From: Eledone cirrhosa
Lineage: Eukaryota
Direction of reading: 5' to 3'
Assembly (NCBI GenBank): GCA_964016885.1
Contig: CAXHJY010001428.1
Coordinates: forward strand, 1 to 44,199
DNA length: 44,199 bases
Below the pieces are notes generated by a model. It was not told the origin of the DNA. It made no database searches and saw nothing but the letters and a program-made list of their open reading frames with translations. The position numbers were made by a program, and so were the translations under genes. Positions 33,626 through 44,199 of the stretch are shown in pieces. Each line of letters starts with the position of its first letter. The stretch's first letter is position 1.

Positions 33626-35970
33626 CGACAGTCTAATTCACCACTACTCCTGAAACGGTCATTAGTGTTACTGCTGAGGAACCTTTAGGTGACTCTGATC
33701 ATGCTATGATCATTGCCAATCTATCCCTCATGGGCAGTAACAAGAACCACAACCATCTCCAAACTGCTCACTTTGACTGGAATAAAGCAGACTGGAACTG
33801 TTACTGCACCGAGTTGCAACGGCCAAACTGGCTTGAGTTCTATGACTCTGGAGATGTCAACACTGTACTCCAGAACATCCTGAGCTCAATATGGACAGCA
33901 TGTGCAGCATCAGTGCCACGTAAGCGGAAAAAACATCCCAAAAGCGCAATTTGGGAGACTGCAGCAGTCCGTCTTGCCAGATATGAACGGCGCAATGCTG
34001 AACGTGAGTACAAACTTCACAAATCAGACATTAATAGGAAGAGGCGAAATAGATCATCCAACCACCTCAAACAGGTGACAAAAAAGGCAGTGCTTCAATT
34101 TGAGCAGCGCATAGCAACCAGCCCTGACAGTAAGGTGTTCTGGAAGTATGTTCACTAAAAGCAGAGGCCTCACTCTCCAGTTTGGTGATGCAAATTCTAA
34201 GTGTGGTTACTGACGACCCCAAGGAATGCGCAGAGCTCATTGCTGAATGCTATGCAGGCATTTTCACTATTGAAGACCAGAGTGTATCATCTCCACCACC
34301 TATGACACCGGACTCTATTACAACCATGGAATTTACACCTGCAATGCTGCGACGTCACCTAAAAAATAAACGCAACCATGCCTCTCCTGGTCTTGATGGT
34401 GTTACGTACCTGCTTCTTAAACGTGGTGGGTACTTCCTTCTATACCAGTTATCACGCTTCTTCCAATTCTGTCTGAACAACAGTGCTACTCCAGAACAGT
34501 GGAAAACTGCCAGTGTCATTCCTCTGTTCAAAAAGGGTGACCGCATATCACCTGTGAACTATCGTCCAGTCAGTCTTACTAGTTGCATTGCCAAACTGAT
34601 GGAATTCTGTGTCAGAGAAACACTTTGGAACTTCTGGAGCTCTCACAGTCTTATCCGGCCCTCGCAATTTGGATTTATCCCCAACTCCAGCTGCTGTGAT
34701 CAACTTATAGAGTTTCTTGAGGACATCACCCGGATCACTGCTGGCGGCTCATGGGTGGATGTTGTTTACTTTGACTTTGCGAAGGACTTCAATTCTGTGC
34801 CACACAAAAGGCTTATGGAAAAACTCTCTGCAATGGGTGTGAAGGATGATCTTTTTAACTGGTTGAAGTTCTTCATTCTCAGTCGAAGAGAGGTAGTCAC
34901 GGTTCTGGGACAGCATTCCTCACCATATGAGATGTCATCTGGCGTACCACAGGGACCTGTTCTTGGCCCCCTTTTGTTTGTGGCATATATTAATGACATA
35001 GATGCCAACTTAAGGAATGCCACAGTACTAAAGTACGAAGACGACATCAAGCTGTACCTTGAGATAAAAAGGACAGATCCTGAACACTATAGATCTTGCT
35101 TCCAGTCTGACCTGGACACAATGCAACAATGGATCTCAGACTGGCAACTCAAGCTAGCTGTGGACAAGTACACCACCATGCATTTTGGGAGTAAAAACCC
35201 AGCGTCCACATACTCCCTCCACAGCACTAATATCAAGAAGTCTTCCTGTGAACGTGACCTGGGCATTACGGTCAGCAACGATTTGCGTTGGACGAGGCAC
35301 GTCTCTAAAATTGTCAAGAGGGCCGAGGGTGTCTTAGCATCACTCAGCAAGACCTTTGTCAGCCGCTCTCCAGATATCTATTTAAGGCTGTATACAGCTA
35401 TGGTGCGACCACACTTAGAATTTGCATCACCAGTCTGGAACCCCTATCTTGCTCAGGACATTGACCGCCTGGAAACTGTTCAGAGACGTGCAACCAAGCG
35501 AATACCCTCCATCAGGCATCTACCATACTCTGAGCGCCTTGCTTCCCTGGGCATGGATTCATTGAAGCTCCGACGCCTGGCAACTGACTTGGTAAACACC
35601 CACAAAATTGTTAACCATGTTGCCAACAACAACCCTGAGTACCTTTTTGATTTCCATGTGTCTCACACACGTGGACATGCCCACAAAGTAAGAAAACAGC
35701 ACAGTTCCCATGACTTTCGGAAACATTTTTTCACGCTCAGAGTTGCTGAAGCATGGAACAAACTACCTGCATCAGTTGTTAGCTGTCGAGACACTGCATC
35801 CTTTAAGGCCTCCATGCTTCCCGAGATCCGCCAACACTACAGCTAACACATACACACATGTACCTCCCTGACATTTGTGTATTATTCTATGTACTATACA
35901 TACACCTTTGACGTGTTGTAGTGCACCTGAGCACTTTACACAATAATTTCATTATTATTATTATTATTAT
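33626..35970 (+). mobile_element. 5'-truncated CR1-clade LINE; ORF2 pseudogene (end of APE endonuclease plus RT) with 3' UTR and (ATT)n tail
   Basis: PLGDSDH endonuclease end (about 33682-33702). Stop at 34156-34158 and a frame change. RT motifs PLFKKGDR..NYRPVSLTS, GVPQGPVLGPLLF, YEDD, ERDLGI, VRPHLEFASPVWNP, TRGH and WNKLP in 34182-35846. Confidence 0.92.
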
Positions 35971-35971
35971 A

Positions 35972-36290
35972 ATAATTGTTTGCAAACAGCAATACTGCAT
36001 GGAAGAGTAGTAGTATACATAAACCACATATCATTAGTGAACTGAGAGAGAAACTGGGAATATGAGGAGTCACATGCAGTGTGCAGAAGGAGATTGCAGT
36101 AGTATGGATATATGATGTGTATGAAAGATGCAGTACACTCGAAGGTGGTGGGAAATAAATATGGAAGAAGAAAACCTAGGAAAGCTCCTGATGATGTGGA
36201 AAAAGGTGACCTCATACAATTTAACTTATCAAAGGAGATGACACTGGATTGAGTCCTCTGGCGAAATGCCATACTGCAAAAACCTGCCTT
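35972..36290 (+). mobile_element. RTE-like LINE, 3' piece continuing after the CR1 insertion
   Basis: CLQTAILHG.., ELREKLGI*GV.., GRRKPRK and LSKEMTLD*VLWRNA continue the reading broken at GRLY. Confidence 0.8.
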
Positions 36291-37702
36291 CCCATATTTA
36301 TAGGATGAAACAAACAAGGAGAGGGCAGTAGTCTGCCTTAATCTCCCTCACACACCTCCCCTATTTTAATACCCATCCCAACCTCTCTCATTATCTAAGT
36401 ATCCTACCTTAGTCCTCCTCCACCTTGCCCATCCAATAACTCTTACCAGCATGGAAACAGCCCTCCATCTGCTCGTCCAATTCCTTCCAGCATGGAAAAG
36501 CAACCCTCGCCTTCATCTCACCTCCTAAACCAGCCTAACCCATACCAACATACAAAGACGGACGCCTGCACCCTTCCACATCCAATCCATGCCCACATGG
36601 AAAGCCGGATATTCCCCACCTTCTACCACAATAAAATTCTTAGTTGAGGATCAGAAATGCATCTTGCTATGGAGATCATGGAAAAGGAAGAAAAAAAAAA
36701 AAGTATGAACTAAGCATGGTCTTCTGTCTGGCCACGTCTCACAGCGTGACATTCCGTCTGGCCCAGGTAGGCATGGGAAATAGATGTTTAAGGATGGTGA
36801 TGATGATGTATTCCCCATCCTCCATATCGCTGATACACCTGTCCTATCCATCCCATGCATAGAAAGTTGGACCCTGGTTAGTGTTAGGAAGGGCATCCAG
36901 CCGTAGAAAACCAAGCCAAAAGCAGATCATCGATAATGAGCAAGACGTGGTCACCCGATTTGGCTAGCCCTATAACGCGCCAACCCGTCTAACTCATGCC
37001 AGCATGGAAAATAGACTTCAAATGATGATTAATTCAATATGTATGTGTGTGAACAGTTCCAACACCGCATTCTACTCAGGGGATTACTATAAATATTCTC
37101 CAAGCATACACTTTATATATATATAACTTAGGTTGCTAAGCCCGACTATTACGTAAACATGTAGTTTAACTTGGTATTCAGATATCCTTTGTTCGTAGTT
37201 TTCGCGTGTAGGTATACGCGCTACTGTGTGTGTATATGTATGTGTATATATATATATACATACACACACATACATATATACATTCATTTATATACATACA
37301 TAGATTCAGAATAATTCGCTCGTTACGTCATTTCCGTTTTCATTCTTCCGGGAACTAGCTAACAGTTAATAATGAGCAGGAAATATATTTCCTTCTGAAT
37401 CAGAAATTGAGTTTAGGATGCTGTCGTTACCATCATTGATTCGAATCAGCCTTTAATTTTGGGCTTGTGATTTACAATAATTCTACTATACATTAGATGT
37501 CCGTCCATCTTAACTACGGAACATCATCACCAGTATTTAAGACAATTCGACCGATATAGAAACACATACTATATATCCTCTCTAATTTGATGATTCACTC
37601 CATCGCTACACAAAATTATATAGATATATCTTGTTATTTTACATTTCAACACTACGTAATCTCGTGTAAAAATCTGTAAGAAAGACATTGATGTTGTCTT
37701 GT

Positions 37703-37840
37703 TTGTGATTTTGTCGTTAGAAATAGATCCAAGAGTGAGTGTTGTGGTGAAATTGTCATTGTTGTCCTCGTAGATGTCACGTTTGACATATTTCACATTC
37801 AGACTACATTGATACGTGTAAGTATTAAATATATTGAAAT
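37703..37840 (+). promoter_or_regulatory. Shared ZNF leader module, copy E, with GTAAGT donor at 37818; no ZNF exon follows within the window
   Basis: Closest to copies B and C. Homology with copy C continues into the intron (about 37936-38000 versus 20724-20747 and about 21408-21430). Confidence 0.72.
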
Positions 37841-38464
37841 ATCAATTCGATATATTATTTTATTTTTACGAACATAAAACTACATTAAGATGTGTTTTTT
37901 TTTTTGTTTTGTTTTTCATTATTATTTTAGTCTGTCTGTAGTTGTTTATTCCCTGGTTAGCCTTCATTTAGCATAATTTGTGACCATCCCGGCAACTCTT
38001 TGAGCAGAGTTCATTCATATCGGACTAGATTATCTATAGCTGCAAATTATTTTTAGTTCGACACAGCTGTGTTATTTGGCAGTTATTTCCAGGTAGTCCG
38101 TTGTTTCAGTGTTAAAATGTTCGGACTATTCTGAATACGTGTTCAAAGGGAAACACCAGCTTTCCCTGTTGTAGTGTGTAATAGAGTATGCATGTCTTTT
38201 CCTTTTTCTTCTTTCTCTGACTAATTTCTATTGATTTGTTTATATATATAGACACACACATAGCTTTATTAATATATATATAAAATAAGGTCTAGGATTC
38301 TTTACCACGCTCCTGTAACTATATATATATGGCGAATTTATTGTTGAACAGAAGTATACAATAATGAAAGTATTAAAAAAAAGATTAAAATAAATAAAGA
38401 AGGGTGGAGGGGAACTTAATGATATGGGAAGGTACTACACCCCTGGCTAGGTGGTATATCTCAT

Positions 38465-38650
38465 GTACCCAACGAATAAGATAGCGAAAGCATTGCTGTG
38501 GAGAACAGGCAGTAACACCTACTACATCAGCCATTCCACGTCGCAGGGCTCTTTGTTCAAGTAGAATGCACTCCTAATTTTGTGGATAAAACTCGCAGTC
38601 ATGAGAACCATGGACACCAGATGCCTCAACAGCAACTAGCTCAAAAAGGA
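38465..38650 (-). mobile_element. Third CRE-like 3' fragment (decayed)
   Basis: Minus-strand translation VAVEASGVHG..SFIHKI..EPCDVEWLM**VLLPVLHSNAFAIL resembles the C-terminus at 17378-17560. Confidence 0.55.
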
Positions 38651-38968
38651 AAGAGTCAGTCAAGTCTCAGTATTTGGATATTTTCTGTTCCTCTGTTTTA
38701 TGTATGGCAGTGTCCAGGCAACTGACTTGTGGAGGATGTTATTTGGTGAAATCTTCAAACCGTTGCCCATACACACACACACATATATATATATATATGT
38801 ACACACACACATCATCACCATCATCATTTTACGTCCGCTTTTCCCTGCTTGCAAGGGTGGGACGGGAACTGATTCTGGCTTGATTTCTACAGCTGGATTC
38901 TCTTCCTGGACTGTGTTTTTGTCGTGACAACTGTTGAGAAGTGCAAACTCGACTGTCACCACATATCA

Positions 38969-39008
38969 TGAACCTGAAGATTGCGAAAGCATGAAAGTAC
39001 TTGGTTCA
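38969..39008 (+). ncRNA. Near-canonical minimal hammerhead-like motif (stem I out of register by one base)
   Basis: UGAAC-CUGAAGA-U.UGC.GAAA.GCA.U-GAA-AGUACU-U-G-GUUCA, with palindromic stem III AGUACU. Confidence 0.45.
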
Positions 39009-39124
39009 ATTAACACTTAGAATTTAATATTCTATCATACTATTTCATTATAATACCATATTATATATATTTTAAAGGATTGTAAATAAAACGAGTAAAT
39101 CAGACAAAGTTGGAATTCCTCTTA

Positions 39125-39176
<52 letters not shown>

Positions 39177-39907
39177 TGTATATGTATATATATGTATATA
39201 TATATATATACATATATGTATTGTATATGCATATATTATATATATATATATATATATACATATACATATCTGTATATGTATATATATGTATATATATATA
39301 TATACATATATGTATATGTATATGCATATATATATATATATACATATATGTATATGTATATATATATATATACATATATGTATATATATGTATATATATA
39401 TACATATATTTATAATATATATATATAAACTATCTGTATATATATATATACATATATGTATATATATATATACATATATGTATATATATATATACATATA
39501 TGTATATATATATATACAATATATGTATATATATATACATATATGTATATATATATATATATACATATATGTATATATATATATATACATATCTGTATAT
39601 ATATATATATACATATATTATATATATATATATACATATATGTATAATATATATCATATACTATATGTATATATATATATATTACATATTGTATATTATA
39701 TATATATACATATCTGTATATATATATATACATATATGTATATATATATATATATACATATATGTATATATATATATATACATATATGTATATATATATA
39801 TACATATATGTATATATATATATACATATATGTATATATATATATACATATACGTAGTATATATATATACATATATGTATATGTATATATACATATATAT
39901 ATATACA

Positions 39908-39953
<46 letters not shown>

Positions 39954-39959
39954 TATTTA

Positions 39960-40580
39960 CAGTCAGTAGGCATCTCTATCAAAACACACCCCCGTCCCAC
40001 CACCTCCACCCCATCCACACCGCCCCTTTCAATGGAAAGTTATGTTGGTCCCACAACATCCAGGCCGAAACAAATGAGATCGTGTAGGTGTCACGACAAA
40101 AAAACACAGCCCACGCTGTAAATGTGGCCGTGTGGGCAACACGGTAAAAACCTCCCAGCCCACACTGTAAATGTGGTTGGTGTTAGGCAGGGGCATCCAT
40201 CTGTAGAAAACCCGCCAGACACGGTCCACGCTGTAATTGTGGCCGTGTAGGCAACACGGTAAAAACCTCCCAGCCCCACACTGTAAATGTGGTTGGTGTT
40301 AGGCAGGGCATCCAGCTGTAGAAACCCGCCAGACGGTCCACGCTGTAATGTGGCCGTGTAGGCAACACGGTAAAAACCTCCCAGCCCCACACTGTAAATG
40401 TGGTTGGTGTTAGGAAGGGCATCCAACTGTAGAAAACCCACCAGACAGTCCTATGCGAGCAAGATAACCACTCTTGCCTCAAGTGGGAAAACCCCGTCCA
40501 AACCCATGCAAGCGTGGAACACGGACGCTAAACCTGATGATGATGATATATATACATATATATATATATACATCATATAT

Positions 40581-40616
<36 letters not shown>

Positions 40617-40946
40617 CTATATACATATATACATTTGTATATATACATATATATATACATATATATATATACATATATAGATACATATATACATATATAT
40701 ATACATATATACATATATATACATATATAATACATATATACATATATACATATATATATACATATGTACCATATATACACACTGTAAATGTGGTTGGTGT
40801 TAGGCAGGGCATCCAACTGTAGAAAACCCCGCCAGGACAGTCCTATGCGAGCAAGACAACCACTCTTGCCTCACGTGGGAAAACCTCCCGTCCAAACACA
40901 TGCAAGCATGGAACACGGGACGTTAAAACGATGATGATGATGGTGA
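39960..40946 (+). mobile_element. (GAT)n-tailed composite repeat with an internal unit of about 120 bp present three times (about 40110-40445), plus a further 3' copy (about 40777-40946)
   Basis: CCACGCTGTAA(A)TGTGGCCGTGT.GGCAACACGGTAAAAACCTCCCAGCCC.ACACTGTAAATGTGGTTGGTGTTAGG..GGGCATCCA.CTGTAGAAA occurs three times. Confidence 0.85.
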
Positions 40947-40975
40947 TATATATATATACATTTATATATATATAC

Positions 40976-41072
<97 letters not shown>

Positions 41073-41087
41073 AATATATAAATATAG

Positions 41088-41141
<54 letters not shown>

Positions 41142-41150
41142 TAACATATA

Positions 41151-41186
<36 letters not shown>

Positions 41187-41220
41187 ATAACATATATATA
41201 TTATATATATATATATATAT

Positions 41221-41324
<104 letters not shown>

Positions 41325-41382
41325 CTATACATATATTTATATATATATATATACATATATATATAGTATATATACTATATAT

Positions 41383-41473
<91 letters not shown>

Positions 41474-41541
41474 GTATATATACACTATATAATATATATA
41501 TATATATATATATACATATAATATATATACATATATATATA

Positions 41542-41574
<33 letters not shown>

Positions 41575-41620
41575 ATATTATATATATACATATATATATA
41601 ATAATTATATATATATATAC

Positions 41621-41651
<31 letters not shown>

Positions 41652-41681
41652 CATATATATATATACATATATATATATAAT

Positions 41682-42140
<459 letters not shown>

Positions 42141-42183
42141 GTATCTATATATATGTATATATATATATATATGTATATATATG

Positions 42184-42220
<37 letters not shown>

Positions 42221-42221
42221 G

Positions 42222-42525
<304 letters not shown>

Positions 42526-42530
42526 TATAC

Positions 42531-42579
<49 letters not shown>

Positions 42580-42598
42580 TATACATATATATATATAC

Positions 42599-42629
<31 letters not shown>

Positions 42630-42630
42630 C

Positions 42631-42742
<112 letters not shown>

Positions 42743-42746
42743 GTAC

Positions 42747-42820
<74 letters not shown>

Positions 42821-42824
42821 GTAC

Positions 42825-42934
<110 letters not shown>

Positions 42935-42938
42935 CTAT

Positions 42939-43140
42939 CTAAGGCGGGTAAAATTCCCGAGATCCATCGACGAGTTCTCTCCAGCGGTCTCTGTCCCTCA
43001 TTATCGCTGCCATATCCTGCATCTCCAACAGACCGGTGTCTGTCTTTAGGGCATCAACATATGTTAACCTTGGTCTTCCTCTTCTAGTGTGTCCATGTAG
43101 GGGCTCCCAAAGGAGCACTGAGTGCAATGTCAACTCTGGA
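42939..43140 (-). mobile_element. 3' end of an RTE-like LINE embedded in the TA satellite
   Basis: [49 protein letters not shown] is an RGRP / DR..WR C-terminus, followed directly by (TA)n. Confidence 0.8.
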
Positions 43141-43148
43141 TGTATATA

Positions 43149-43201
<53 letters not shown>

Positions 43202-43256
43202 ATTTATATATATGTATATATATGTATATCTGTATATTTATATATGTATATATATG

Positions 43257-43289
<33 letters not shown>

Positions 43290-43308
43290 GTATATATATG
43301 TATATATG

Positions 43309-43353
<45 letters not shown>

Positions 43354-43372
43354 GTATATATATGTATATATG

Positions 43373-43421
<49 letters not shown>

Positions 43422-43424
43422 ATA

Positions 43425-43756
<332 letters not shown>

Positions 43757-43777
43757 CATATATATACATATATATAC

Positions 43778-44012
<235 letters not shown>

Positions 44013-44015
44013 TAC

Positions 44016-44138
<123 letters not shown>

Positions 44139-44156
44139 CATATATATATACATGTT

Positions 44157-44188
<32 letters not shown>

Positions 44189-44199
44189 TATATACATGT

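Overview
AT-rich, repeat-dense animal genomic DNA. The SINE, RTE and (TA)n content and the clustered C2H2 genes suggest an Octopus-like coleoid cephalopod; this is an inference. The window holds four single-exon-CDS, KRAB-less tandem C2H2 zinc-finger genes: 2497-3645 (+), 12223-14379 (-), 22504-23313 (+) and 30135-31304 (+). Each is preceded by a copy of a shared non-coding leader/splice-donor module and a TTTCAG acceptor. A fifth leader copy at about 37.7 kb has no zinc-finger exon inside the window. The intergenic and intronic DNA contains a 5'-truncated CR1-like LINE nested in an RTE-like LINE, a deleted mariner, Ingi/Vingi-like and CRE-like LINE fragments, MITEs, many SINEs, a candidate solo LTR and about 4 kb of (TA)n satellite. 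The most unusual signal is two fold-back palindromes with 3-nt loops (26821-27083, perfect 130-bp arms; 24985-25113) whose arms encode type I hammerhead ribozyme folds on opposite strands, plus further degenerate hammerhead-like motifs. All family assignments come from motif recognition by eye; no database search was run.
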